Positions 9,794 through 19,512 are shown, counted from the stretch's first letter. The stretch is DNA of 64,000 nt from Clostridia bacterium (GCA_017540175.1 JAFYBN010000031.1:7481-71480); one strand, 5' to 3'. Made by a program: numbers and translations. The notes: a model not told the origin generated them from the sequence alone.

Positions 9794-10057
9794 ATGAAAA
9801 AGGCCGCGGTTTTGTGCTCCGGTCCCAACGCGGACGGGCCGACTGCACGGCAAAGTGTGCGTTCGCGGGCGGTCTCCGGGACGGGGGATGCTCGAACGCT
9901 TCGCTCAGCCCGGAGGGGACTGACCCACATGGGAATGCGGGCATACGACCGGATCCCCGTGGTGCGCTACAACCGCGACTACATGCTCCCCGCCCTGTGC
10001 GAAGCGGGAAGGACCTACGCGGATCGGCTCGAGAACGGCTTCAACATGTACTACTGA
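9794..10057 (+). pseudogene. degenerate flavodoxin-family gene (frameshifted, internally deleted)
   Basis: Start MKKAAVLCSGPNADG resembles a flavodoxin N-terminus. Its continuation TAKCAFAGGLRDGGC lies in another frame, then the sequence jumps to a C-terminus-like GLTHMGMRAYDRIPVVRYN..AG. Only 87 codons. Confidence 0.5.
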
Positions 10058-10073
10058 TCAAGAGGACTGAAAC

Positions 10074-10976
10074 GTGAACCCTGCGCTTGAGAGGATCAAA
10101 TACATTCTTGCCGTCGTTCTGTACGGAACGATCGGGCTTTTCCTGCGCTTTGTCGGGCTTCCGAGCGAGATCGCGGCGCTGTTCCGCGGCATCCTCGGCT
10201 CGCTGTTCATCTATTTGTTTCTGCGGATCCGGGGCAGGCGTCCCGACCGCGGAGCGATCCGGGCGAACCGCAAATGGCTCCTCATCGGAGGGGCTGCGCT
10301 CGGGCTGAACTGGATCTTCCTCTTCGCCGCCTATATCAAAACGACGGTCGCGGTCGCCAGCCTGTGCAACTATATGGCGCCGCTCATCGTCGTGCTGATC
10401 GCGCCCGCGGTCCTCGGCGAGCGGACGGACGGGAGAAAACTGCTCTGCGCCGCGGCGGCGTTTGTCGGGATCGTGCTGGTTTCCGGGGTCTGGAAGGGTT
10501 CGGTCGGTTCCGTCACCGGTCTCGTCATGGGACTTCTCGCGGCGGCAAGCTTCGTCGTCATCGTGATCTCGAACCGCAAGCTGAAGGACATCTCCGCCTA
10601 CGACCGCTCCGTCGTTCAGCTCGCGGTCTCCGCCGCGACGATCCTTCCCTACGTGCTCGTGCAAAACGTCGGGAAACTGCTTGCGCTGGACGTCCGCTCG
10701 GTCCTGATCATACTCATGCTCGGCGTCGTCCACACGGGGATCGCCTACTGCCTCTATTTCAGCGGGATGGGCAGTCTTCCGGTGCAGGCGGTGGCGATCC
10801 TCGGCTACCTTGAGCCCGTTGTGGCGGTGCTGTGCTCGGCGTTCTTCCTGCATGAGGCAATGGACCTCGCCGGATGGATCGGCGCGGCGCTCATCATCGG
10901 CGCGGCGGTTGTGAGCGAGTGCCTGGGAGAGCAAAAACGCCCCGAGGGGGCAGCTGTTTCGAAAAAAGCCCGATGA
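10074..10976 (+). CDS. EamA/DMT family transporter
   Basis: About 10 TM helices in two repeats; YMAP..LGER and LGYLEPVVA..LHE. Confidence 0.9.
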   Translation: MNPALERIKYILAVVLYGTIGLFLRFVGLPSEIAALFRGILGSLFIYLFLRIRGRRPDRGAIRANRKWLLIGGAALGLNWIFLFAAYIKTTVAVASLCNYMAPLIVVLIAPAVLGERTDGRKLLCAAAAFVGIVLVSGVWKGSVGSVTGLVMGLLAAASFVVIVISNRKLKDISAYDRSVVQLAVSAATILPYVLVQNVGKLLALDVRSVLIILMLGVVHTGIAYCLYFSGMGSLPVQAVAILGYLEPVVAVLCSAFFLHEAMDLAGWIGAALIIGAAVVSECLGEQKRPEGAAVSKKAR

Positions 10977-11078
10977 GATCCCGATCCGGGAAACGGCGGA
11001 CGCGCAGACCCGCGGTGAAGCCGGAATCCGTTCCCGGCATTCGGCAGTCAAAAACTCTATTACTCTTTGGGAGGAAAT

Positions 11079-11672
11079 ATGGAAGCGCTTGAAGCGATTT
11101 TAACGAGGCGAAGCACGCGGAACTATAAGCCCGACCCTGTCGAGCCGGAAAAGCTCGAAAAAATCCTCTCTGCGGCGCGGCAGGCGCCGAGCGGGGGCAA
11201 CAGCCAGACGAACCACTTCCTTGTGATCCGGAACAGGGAGGTCATCGATACGCTGATCCGGATGACGGAAGAGGCTTTCGCGCGGATGGACTTTGACGAA
11301 AACACCTACCCGAGCCTGCGGCACGCGATCACGGCGTCGAAAAAGGGCGGGTATGTGTTCTGCTACAACGCGCCCGTGCTGATCGCCGTCGCCAATCGGA
11401 TCGATTACGGCAACAATATGGCGGACTGCGCGTGCGCGGTCGAAAACATGATGGTCGCGGCGAACGCGCTCGACCTCGGGAGCTGCTACATCAATCAGCT
11501 CCGCTGGCTGAACGAAAATCCGTCTCTCACCGCGTACCTTCGCTCCCTCGGCATGAAGGAAAACGAGCGGGTTTACGCGGCGGTGATCCTCGGCTATCCG
11601 GCAACGGAGAGCGGTCTGCCGAACCGCAGTCTCATGGTCCAGAAGGGAAACGAAATCACCTGTATCGACTGA
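11079..11672 (+). CDS. nitroreductase family protein
   Basis: AILTRRSTRNY, APSGGNSQ, NMMVAANALDLGSC, LGYP; GGAGG RBS. Confidence 0.92.
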   Translation: MEALEAILTRRSTRNYKPDPVEPEKLEKILSAARQAPSGGNSQTNHFLVIRNREVIDTLIRMTEEAFARMDFDENTYPSLRHAITASKKGGYVFCYNAPVLIAVANRIDYGNNMADCACAVENMMVAANALDLGSCYINQLRWLNENPSLTAYLRSLGMKENERVYAAVILGYPATESGLPNRSLMVQKGNEITCID

Positions 11673-11740
11673 GCTTCGCCGCGTGCCCCGTCTGAGGGAT
11701 GCGGTCAAACCCGATCCCCGATATATCAAGGAGGAAAACG

Positions 11741-12619
11741 ATGAAAATTCTTGTCACCGGAACATCCGGCTTTCTCGCCGCGCGCGTGCGCGATTATCTC
11801 TTGGAGGACGGCGGGCTCGAGGTGCTGTCCCCGTCCCACGCGGAGCTTGACGTCACTTCGTCCGACAGCTGCAAGGTCTATTTCGAGACGCACCACCCGG
11901 ACGCGGTCATCCATCTTGCCGCGATCTCCGACATCGGGGAATGCGCGCGGAACGAGGAGCTTTCCCGCGACGTCAACACAGGCGGTCCCATCCGTCTCGC
12001 TTCCTGCGCAAAGGAGTACGGCATGACGGGGAGATTCCTCTTCGCGAGCTCCGATCAAGTCTATACGGGCACGCACGAGCTGAGGCTCAACCGCGAAACG
12101 GATAGCCTCGCGCCGGAAAACCTCTACGCGCGGGAAAAGCTCGCGGCGGAGGAAGGCGTCGCGGCGATCCTGCCATCCGCGTGCGCCCTGCGGCTCGACT
12201 GGATGTTCGATCTCAAACCCGGGAAGTCGAACTTTCTCAAGAACATCATCCGCTCCATCCGGGGACAAAATCCCGTCCGCTGCGCCGTCAACGAGCTGCG
12301 CGCCGAGACCTACGCGCGGGAGGTGGCGGTCAATATGAAAGCCCTGCTCTTCTCCGACGCGCCGGGCGGGGCGTACAATTTCGGCGGACCCGCGTACGGG
12401 AACTCCTACGAAACCGCCCTCAGCGCGTACGAGCTCGTCGGGGAGGCGCTCGGTCTGCCGGTCGCGGGACTTGTCCTGCCCGCGGAATACGATACGCCCT
12501 GCAGTCTCGCGATGGATCAGGAAAAAATCAATTCGGTCGGGATCCGCTTCCGCGATACGGTCGCCTCCGCGGCGTTTTGTCTCGAGCGGGAAGCTGAGTA
12601 TCTGATCGAAATCCGCTGA
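11741..12619 (+). CDS. RmlD-like extended SDR (sugar-nucleotide reductase family)
   Basis: MKILVTGTSGFLA, HLAAISD, SSDQVY, YAREK (YxxxK); AGGAGG RBS. Confidence 0.8.
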   Translation: MKILVTGTSGFLAARVRDYLLEDGGLEVLSPSHAELDVTSSDSCKVYFETHHPDAVIHLAAISDIGECARNEELSRDVNTGGPIRLASCAKEYGMTGRFLFASSDQVYTGTHELRLNRETDSLAPENLYAREKLAAEEGVAAILPSACALRLDWMFDLKPGKSNFLKNIIRSIRGQNPVRCAVNELRAETYAREVAVNMKALLFSDAPGGAYNFGGPAYGNSYETALSAYELVGEALGLPVAGLVLPAEYDTPCSLAMDQEKINSVGIRFRDTVASAAFCLEREAEYLIEIR

Positions 12620-12689
12620 GCAGCGCGGGCAATCCCGAAAGAACTCACGCCGCCCGCAGGACCGGCTCGAAAACGCACGAGGGGAGAAC

Positions 12690-13664
12690 ATGATGGACAA
12701 ACCGATCATCCTTGTTTTGATGAGAACGGACGAAGAACAGAAAGCACAGCTTGAGGCTGCGGCAAACGGCGCAGAGCTCATCTGGCTGCCCGACCGCGAG
12801 GTGACGGACGAGCTGCTCGGCACGGTTGACGCCGTGATCGGCAATCTGAATCCGGCGCAGCTGAAAAACGCCCGAAGACTCAGATGGATCCAGCTCGGCT
12901 CCGCCGGAGCGGACGGGTACACGGAAAAGGGCGCGCTTCCAGAGGGCGCGGTCCTCACGAACGCCTCCGGCGCGTACGGGCTCGCCATATCGGAGCACAT
13001 GGTCGCCTGCCTCCTCTTCCTCATGAAAAAGCTCGACCGCTACGCCGCGGATCAGGCAACCCACACTTGGCAGGACCGCGGACCCGTTTCGTCGATCTGG
13101 AATTCGCGGACGATGGTCGTCGGGCTCGGCGACATCGGCGGGGAATTCGCCCGCCGGATGCACGCGCTCGGGAGCCGGGTGACGGGCATCCGGCGGCACG
13201 ACGCCCCAAAGCCCGATTATCTCGAAGCGCTGTGCCGCATGGATCGCTTCTTCGACTGCCTCGGGGAAGCGGACATCGTCGCGTCCTGCCTGCCGGGCAC
13301 GAGGGAGACGTACCGCCTGTATGACGCGAAGGCGTTTGCCGCGATGAAGGAGGGCGCGTATTTTCTCAACGTCGGACGGGGCTCGTCCGTGGATTCCCTC
13401 GCGCTGGCGGACGCTTTGAACAGCGGGCATCTCGCGGGGGCGTCGGTCGACGTGACGGACCCGGAGCCCCTGCCGCCCGAGCACCCGCTGTGGAGCGCGA
13501 AGAACATCCTCGTCACCCCGCACATCTCCGGCGGGGATCATCTCAGGGAGACGAAAAACCGGATCATCGGCATCGCCGCGGACAATCTCGGCCGCTTTGT
13601 GAGCGGGCGGCCCCTCAGAAACGTCGTGGACTGCGTGGCGGGGTACCGCCGCTTCGAGGGCTGA
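12690..13664 (+). CDS. D-2-hydroxyacid dehydrogenase
   Basis: SAGAD, GLGDIG, NVGRG, DVTDPEPLP, TPHISG. Confidence 0.93.
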   Translation: MMDKPIILVLMRTDEEQKAQLEAAANGAELIWLPDREVTDELLGTVDAVIGNLNPAQLKNARRLRWIQLGSAGADGYTEKGALPEGAVLTNASGAYGLAISEHMVACLLFLMKKLDRYAADQATHTWQDRGPVSSIWNSRTMVVGLGDIGGEFARRMHALGSRVTGIRRHDAPKPDYLEALCRMDRFFDCLGEADIVASCLPGTRETYRLYDAKAFAAMKEGAYFLNVGRGSSVDSLALADALNSGHLAGASVDVTDPEPLPPEHPLWSAKNILVTPHISGGDHLRETKNRIIGIAADNLGRFVSGRPLRNVVDCVAGYRRFEG

Positions 13665-13698
13665 GGGCTGAGAACATGACGCGGACCCCGAAAAAACA

Positions 13699-14709
13699 AT
13701 GAGCGAAAGCGGAAAGGAATTTGCCGTGAAAACCTTCAAAAATCCCGTATCCCCCTTTGACGCGCCGGACCCCTTCATGACGTACGATTCCGGGACCGGG
13801 TATTATTACGCCCTCTTCACCCGCGGACGAGTGCTCGAGCTCTTCCGCGCGAAGCATGCCGCCGAGATCTGCACAGGTGGGGACTCGAAGGTGATCTACC
13901 GCGCCGACGGTCCGCGCGACGGGATCTGGGGCGATATCTGGGCGCCCGAAATGCACCGCGCGCCCGACGGAACGTGGTACATCTACACGAGCGGCCGGAT
14001 CGCGGAGCAGAGGGGCGCGTCAAAGCGCATTTTCGTCATGGAAGCCCTCTCGCCCGATCCCTTCGGCGAATGGCGCTTCAAAGGCATTCCGACCCCCGAC
14101 GCCGCCTCCATCGATCCGACGGTCTATACGGCGGAGAACGGGCAGCAGTTCCTCTGCTGTGCGAAGGAAGGAAACGGGCTCGCCCTCGCGATCTGCCCCC
14201 TTCTCGATCCGTGGACCTTCGGGCCCTATGTCGTCATCTCCCGCGCGAAATACCCGTGGGAGACCGTCCCGCCCTATACGGGAGATTCCACCATCAACGA
14301 GGGACCCTTCTTCGTGGAGGAGCGGGGGCGGCTCTTCATCATCTATTCCGGCAACGGCTGCTGGTCGGATCACTATTCGCTCGGCGTGCTCGAATACAGG
14401 GGGGACGACCGGGGTGACCCCGCAAAGATGTGCGACCCCGCGAACTGGTTCAAGCACGAAAAGCCCATCCTCGAGATGGCAAACGGCGTCTACGGTCCCG
14501 GCCACGCCTCGTTCTTCCGCTCCCCGGATAAAACGGAGCTCTGGTGCGCGTACCACGGCATGAAGGAGCCGAACAAGACCGTCACCTACGCGCCGCGGTT
14601 CTTCCACATCCAGAAGGTGGATTTCGACGAGAGCGGCTTCCCGGTCATGGGAGAGCCCGCGGGATATGAAAAGGAGCTTGTGCCGCCGTCGGGAGAAGAC
14701 TGGGAGTAA
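13699..14709 (+). CDS. GH43 glycoside hydrolase
   Basis: APDPF, WAPE, SIDP, INEGP, GPGHASF five-bladed propeller motifs. Confidence 0.92.
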   Translation: MSESGKEFAVKTFKNPVSPFDAPDPFMTYDSGTGYYYALFTRGRVLELFRAKHAAEICTGGDSKVIYRADGPRDGIWGDIWAPEMHRAPDGTWYIYTSGRIAEQRGASKRIFVMEALSPDPFGEWRFKGIPTPDAASIDPTVYTAENGQQFLCCAKEGNGLALAICPLLDPWTFGPYVVISRAKYPWETVPPYTGDSTINEGPFFVEERGRLFIIYSGNGCWSDHYSLGVLEYRGDDRGDPAKMCDPANWFKHEKPILEMANGVYGPGHASFFRSPDKTELWCAYHGMKEPNKTVTYAPRFFHIQKVDFDESGFPVMGEPAGYEKELVPPSGEDWE

Positions 14710-14783
14710 ACGGCGGCAGATTCACAGAAAAAAGCCCGCGCTTTCCGCATTCCGCGGGAGCCGGACGGCAGAAAGAGAAAACA

Positions 14784-14834
14784 ACGGGCGGCAGGGTCTC
14801 TGAAAACGGGACCTTGCCGCCTGTTCGATTTTTG
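14784..14834. terminator. terminator hairpin between convergent genes
   Basis: aacgggcggcagggtc-loop-gaccttgccgcctgtt with T and A tracts on either side. Confidence 0.7.
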
Positions 14835-14913
14835 CGTGGTTCTATCCGCGGGCTCTCACCCGCCGCCCGGGAGCGAACGACCGCGCGGCCGCCGTCCGCG
14901 GACGCAAGGAGCG

Positions 14914-17079
14914 TTACAGCACCTTCTCCTTCTGTTTTCTCAGCACGCGGATCGCGTGAGGTGCCTCCGGCGCGAGGGAGCAGCCTTCGAGGTCCGCCGC
15001 CGAGACGATCTCTCGCCCACCCCAGCCGGTGATCACGTCGCCGGGGAGCAGCCCGGTTTTCTCCGCCGGGGAACCGGGTTCCACCGCCGTGACGAGCGCG
15101 CCCCGGTGCCCCGCCGTCCCGTAGACCGACATTTCGCCGTCGTCCTCGATATTCTTTGCCTCAAGTCCGAGGTCCGGGCAAAAAACGCGCGCGCCTTCGC
15201 CGCGGCTCTCCGCGAGGCGGATGCGGGGCAGCTCGGGCGTGTCGGCGAGGCGTCTGAGGGGCTCGTACCGGACGCCGAATTCCGAGGGAAAGCTCTCAAA
15301 TCCGGGCAGATCGACCGGGGTGAAGTCCCCGTCCTCCGGCGCGCGGAAGCGGACGGTCTGCTTCACCGAATGCTCATCCTGACCGGAGAGCGCGGAAAGC
15401 TCGTCCGCGTGAGCATGAGCAGGGTCAACGGGTCCGTCGGGCGCGTACAGGATGTTTCGATCCACGGAGTCCCCCCACCGCTCGGGCATTCCGATCGGGG
15501 CATAGGGGGAGAAGACGAGGTTTTCCTCCGCCCGGTCGCCGCTTTCGGGGTACCAGACGTGGAAATGCAGGGAGTTGTTCACGCAGATGTTGCGCCGCAC
15601 CGTGCGGAAAAAGCCCTCCCGCAGCTTGATCCCGCCGCAGAGGCAGAGGTTTTCTTCGATGAGGGTCCACGAGGAGCCGTCGTCGAGATCGATGTCCCAG
15701 CCCCGGTCACAGCGGAAGCGGTTTTTGGCGATGACGTTCGGTGCGAGCATGTCGAGCCGCGCGTACTGTCCCGCGTCCCGGTCGTCCAGTCCGCGAAGAT
15801 GCCAGTACCGGTCGCGGCCCCAGGAATTGAAGCTGCCGTGGTCCCCGGTCTCGCGCACGGTGTCGAACACGTCGCAGCCCTCGATCCGGTGCCCGCCGAA
15901 GGTCCCTTCGGAGATATTGATCCCGGCGCGGGAGGTGTGGCAGACCGTGCAGTTTTTCACCGTGATCCCGTACGACATGGAGATCTCCACGCCCGTCGCC
16001 TGTTTTTCGACCGTTCCCACGTGCTCGATGAGACAGTCCTCGACCGTACAGTTCTTCGGGTAACTGTCCGAGCGGGGACCGAGCGTGAGATCGACCGATT
16101 CGAGCGAATTCACCTCGCCGTATTCAAAGAGGGGCGAGCGCACGGCGTCCGGCCTTCCGACGAAGCAGACGCCAGACGCGCCGATCCCGCTGAAATGCGA
16201 GCGGGCGACGGTGATCCCGGAGCAGTTCCCGTCGACGAAGACCCCGTTCGAGCCGATGTCGCAAAAAACGCAGCGGTCGAGCGAGCAGTCCTTCGAGTCC
16301 CGAACCGTTACCGCGCCGCCCCGGTAAATCGTCCAGTCGCTTCTGAGAAGCGGCTCCTTTGTTTTCATGAACGTGCGGACCGTTCTCTCAAAGATCAGGT
16401 TCTCGAGAGCCACGTTTTCGCAGTCCTCGAGCACGAAAAAGCCCTCCGAGACCGCCGCCTCCGCCGCGTCGAGGTCGTCCCCGGGGAAGGGACGCACCAG
16501 AATGCGCATGGCTTTTTCGTCGAAATACCACTCGCCCGGCTCCGTGAGCTCCTCCCGGATGTTTTCGGCAAACCGGTATTCTTCGTGCATCCCCATCTGC
16601 CGGTTGTTCTGCCACCCGCCCTTGAGAATCAGCGTGCCGTCCGGGTTTTTGCCCTCGATGCGGTAGGAAAAGCCGCCCCAGAGATGCCGGTGCATAGCGT
16701 GGACATACCCGCCCGCCGGGTCCGCCCACTCTTTCGTCTTCTCCGGCAGAACAGAGTCCGCGGCATATCCGCCGAAGGGCGCGTCCGGATCGGACGCCTT
16801 CGGATATCGTGCCATCGTATAGCGGCGGTCCCCGACGAAGAAGCCGTCCGCTCTCCGCGGCACGGGCGCGGAGAAAACGCCGTCCGCGATCTCCTGAAAA
16901 TCCGCGCGGCGGAGGGGGACCGTCCCCCTGAAAACCGCGCCGTCCTCTCCGATCAGACGGAGATCCTTCTTTCCCGCGATCCGGATGGGGGATGTGAGCC
17001 GGTGAATTCCCGCCGGGATACGGAGAACCGCGCCGGGGGAGGCGCTTTCGATCAGTTCGCGCAGGGTGTGCTCGTTCAT
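14914..17079 (-). CDS. right-handed parallel beta-helix protein with C-terminal PDZ domain
   Basis: ARYP, ENIREELTEPGEWYFD, pectate-lyase-like beta-helix repeats, DHGSFNSWGRD, DIDLDDGS; C-terminal GALVTAVEPGSPAEKTGLLPGDVI (PDZ). Confidence 0.85.
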   Translation of the reverse strand: MNEHTLRELIESASPGAVLRIPAGIHRLTSPIRIAGKKDLRLIGEDGAVFRGTVPLRRADFQEIADGVFSAPVPRRADGFFVGDRRYTMARYPKASDPDAPFGGYAADSVLPEKTKEWADPAGGYVHAMHRHLWGGFSYRIEGKNPDGTLILKGGWQNNRQMGMHEEYRFAENIREELTEPGEWYFDEKAMRILVRPFPGDDLDAAEAAVSEGFFVLEDCENVALENLIFERTVRTFMKTKEPLLRSDWTIYRGGAVTVRDSKDCSLDRCVFCDIGSNGVFVDGNCSGITVARSHFSGIGASGVCFVGRPDAVRSPLFEYGEVNSLESVDLTLGPRSDSYPKNCTVEDCLIEHVGTVEKQATGVEISMSYGITVKNCTVCHTSRAGINISEGTFGGHRIEGCDVFDTVRETGDHGSFNSWGRDRYWHLRGLDDRDAGQYARLDMLAPNVIAKNRFRCDRGWDIDLDDGSSWTLIEENLCLCGGIKLREGFFRTVRRNICVNNSLHFHVWYPESGDRAEENLVFSPYAPIGMPERWGDSVDRNILYAPDGPVDPAHAHADELSALSGQDEHSVKQTVRFRAPEDGDFTPVDLPGFESFPSEFGVRYEPLRRLADTPELPRIRLAESRGEGARVFCPDLGLEAKNIEDDGEMSVYGTAGHRGALVTAVEPGSPAEKTGLLPGDVITGWGGREIVSAADLEGCSLAPEAPHAIRVLRKQKEKVL

Positions 17080-17120
17080 GGTTCGTTCTCTCTTTCGGGT
17101 TCAAGCGATCTGTTCGCTCT

Positions 17121-17149
17121 ATTATAACCTGCCCTGCCGGAAAAAGCAA
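17121..17149 (-). promoter_or_regulatory. sigmaA promoter
   Basis: TTGCTT, 17 bp, TATAAT on the minus strand. Confidence 0.75.
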
Positions 17150-17255
17150 GGGGAAAGGGGCGCGCGAAAAGCGGGGATAAGAGAAGACGCCCCGGGCACG
17201 AGCCGATCCCGGAAAGCGCAAATCTCCGAAAAACGCGGCGAATGCGCCCGAGGAG

Positions 17256-17284
17256 GGAACTTTTGCCTGGTCCGCGGCGTCTAA
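17256..17284 (+). promoter_or_regulatory. putative ECF-sigma promoter for the serpin
   Basis: GGAACT, 16 bp, CGTCTAA about 25-30 bp upstream of the start; no sigmaA boxes seen on this strand. Confidence 0.55.
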
Positions 17285-17307
17285 CAGACAGATTTCTTCC
17301 ATAAGGG

Positions 17308-18639
17308 GTGAATGAATTGAAGCTTTTGCGTTTGACTGCCGCTCTGCTCCTGTTTTCGTTTTTGTTCGGCCTCGCGGGCTGTGCTGAACCTGCCTCACCC
17401 GCCGATTCTCCCCCGACACCCGGATCGTCCGGAACGGGCGGCTCAAGCGGCTCGAGCGGCTCGTCGGATCTGATGGAGGGGATCGAGCCCTCCGCGGCGG
17501 CGGGCGCGACGGAGGAAGAACTCCGTTCGGGCGCGGCGAAGGAAGCGGATTTCGCCGTCCGGCTGTTCCGGAGATGCTTTGACGCGGAGAAGAACACGCT
17601 TGTCTCCCCGTTGTCCGTGCTTTCCGCGCTTGCCATGACGGCAAACGGCGCGAAAGGGGAGACGCTTGCTGAAATGGAGAAGACCCTCGGCATGAGCACG
17701 AACGAGCTGAACGCGTATTTCAAATCGATGCTCGAGCGGATCCGTGCCGAAGAAGGGGACACCTTCCGCTTCCATCTCGCGAATTCCGTCTGGTTCACCT
17801 CCGACGAGCGCTTCACGGTGAACCGGGATTTTCTGCAGACCAACGCCGATTACTACGGTGCGGACGTTTACCGCGCGCCGTTCGACGACACGACGCTTGC
17901 GGCGATCAACGGCTGGGTGAACGAGAACACGGACGGCATGATCCCCTCGATCCTCGACCGGATCCCCGCCGACGCGCTGATGTACCTCGTCAACGCGCTC
18001 GCGTTCGAAGCAGAATGGCCTGAGCCGTATGACGAATATCAGGTTTATCCCGGTGATTTCACGCTTGAGGACGGCACGAAGCGTAAAGTCGACTTCATGC
18101 ACTCCGAGGAAAGCCGTTATCTCGAGGACGGGGACGCCGCGGTCGGGTTCGTCAAGAATTACAAGGGCGGGAAATACGCCTTTGCCGCCCTGCTCCCGAA
18201 GGCGGGGAGAAGTCTTTCCGACTACGTCGCCTCCCTTGACGGAGAGAAGCTCATCGACATTCTGTCCTCTTCAGAGATCTGCACGGTGAACGCAGCCCTG
18301 CCGAAGTTTGAGGTCGAATTCAGCGACGACCTCGCCGAGGCGCTCGGAGACATGGGAATGTCCGCCGCGTTCGGACCTCAGGCGGACTTTTCGGGGCTCG
18401 GCACGTCGACCGGGGGGAATATCTCGATCACCCGTGTGCTGCACAAGACCTTCATTTCGGTCGCCGAACAGGGCACCCGGGCGGGCGCCGCGACGGTGGT
18501 GGAAATGAACGACGGGTGCGCGCCGGAATTCGAAGAACCGAAATACGTCACGCTCGACCGCCCGTTCGTCTATATGCTCATCGACCGCGAAACGAACGTG
18601 CCGTTCTTCATCGGCACGCTGACGGATCCGGAAAAATAA
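17308..18639 (+). CDS. serpin (serine protease inhibitor), lipoprotein
   Basis: Lipobox LAGC; NTLVSPLSV..ALAM, INGWV..T.GMI, LVNALAF..W, LPKF, hinge EQGTRAGAAT, DRPF. Start could be GTG 17308 or TTG 17317. Confidence 0.95.
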   Translation: MNELKLLRLTAALLLFSFLFGLAGCAEPASPADSPPTPGSSGTGGSSGSSGSSDLMEGIEPSAAAGATEEELRSGAAKEADFAVRLFRRCFDAEKNTLVSPLSVLSALAMTANGAKGETLAEMEKTLGMSTNELNAYFKSMLERIRAEEGDTFRFHLANSVWFTSDERFTVNRDFLQTNADYYGADVYRAPFDDTTLAAINGWVNENTDGMIPSILDRIPADALMYLVNALAFEAEWPEPYDEYQVYPGDFTLEDGTKRKVDFMHSEESRYLEDGDAAVGFVKNYKGGKYAFAALLPKAGRSLSDYVASLDGEKLIDILSSSEICTVNAALPKFEVEFSDDLAEALGDMGMSAAFGPQADFSGLGTSTGGNISITRVLHKTFISVAEQGTRAGAATVVEMNDGCAPEFEEPKYVTLDRPFVYMLIDRETNVPFFIGTLTDPEK

Positions 18640-18798
18640 TCTTGATCTGACAGGGGGAACGCGGCTTTCCCCGAAATGAAAGCTGACGCTGCTCCGCCTC
18701 GTGGGCAAAAAACCTTCAACAGTGAACCGCTCAAAGCGCAGCTCGGAGTAATGTGAAGCGCACGACGGACCGTTTTCGGATTCTTCATGTTGAGTGAA

Positions 18799-18871
18799 GA
18801 CGCAAAAAACAGCCCGCGGGGGCGTGATCGGTCCGATCCGATCCGTCCGGTACGGGCTGTTTTGTCGTTTT
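18799..18871. terminator. bidirectional terminator-like hairpin
   Basis: aaaacagcccg...cgggctgtttt between the convergent serpin and peptidase genes. Confidence 0.6.
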
Positions 18872-18921
18872 ATGGGTTTGCTGATACGGGCGGCCGCGGC
18901 GGCTTACGCGCGGGAGCAGGT

Positions 18922-19389
18922 TCACTTCCCTCTTCTGAGTATCTTTTTGCAGAGGGGCAAAATCCCCAGCCTGCGCGCGGCCTTCACCGCCAGGCGGCGG
19001 CACCCGTGGTACAGATACCGCAGCGGGTAGATCGCGTTCCAGAAGCGGACGTAAAACCGGTATCCTCTGCTTTGCGCGGAGATCGTCTTTCCCTTCCGCT
19101 GAAACTCGGTCAGCGCGCCGAGCACCGCGTCGTCCGGCACGGTCTCAAGGGCGAAGGTGTTGTCCCCGCGGATGAGATAATACCCGTCCTTCACCTTGAT
19201 CACCCGGTGCAGAACGTATATCTCTCCGCGCCGGTACAGCGCCGCGTCGAACCGTCTCAGGCGCGCGGCAGAGGGGCGGATCACGACCAGATCCCGGTTC
19301 TGCCTCAGCATCGGCTCCATGCTTGTGCCGCGGGTCCGGTAGACGAGGATGCCGTCGCGATCGAGAATTTCTTCAAACTTCATTTTCAT
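18922..19389 (-). CDS. S24/S26 family peptidase-like protein
   Basis: GTSMEPML, LHRVIKV, RGDN (Ser/His signal-peptidase-like motifs). Confidence 0.85.
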   Translation of the reverse strand: MKMKFEEILDRDGILVYRTRGTSMEPMLRQNRDLVVIRPSAARLRRFDAALYRRGEIYVLHRVIKVKDGYYLIRGDNTFALETVPDDAVLGALTEFQRKGKTISAQSRGYRFYVRFWNAIYPLRYLYHGCRRLAVKAARRLGILPLCKKILRRGK

Positions 19390-19512
19390 CCGTTCCGCGC
19401 CGGCAGGACGCGGCCGCGCAGCCGGTCCCGTCGGCAAAAATCGTATTTCTGCGATATGATACGATAGTCCGGGCGGATTTTCACCCGTTTTGTGTTTCGG
19501 AAGTGTTAAAGC

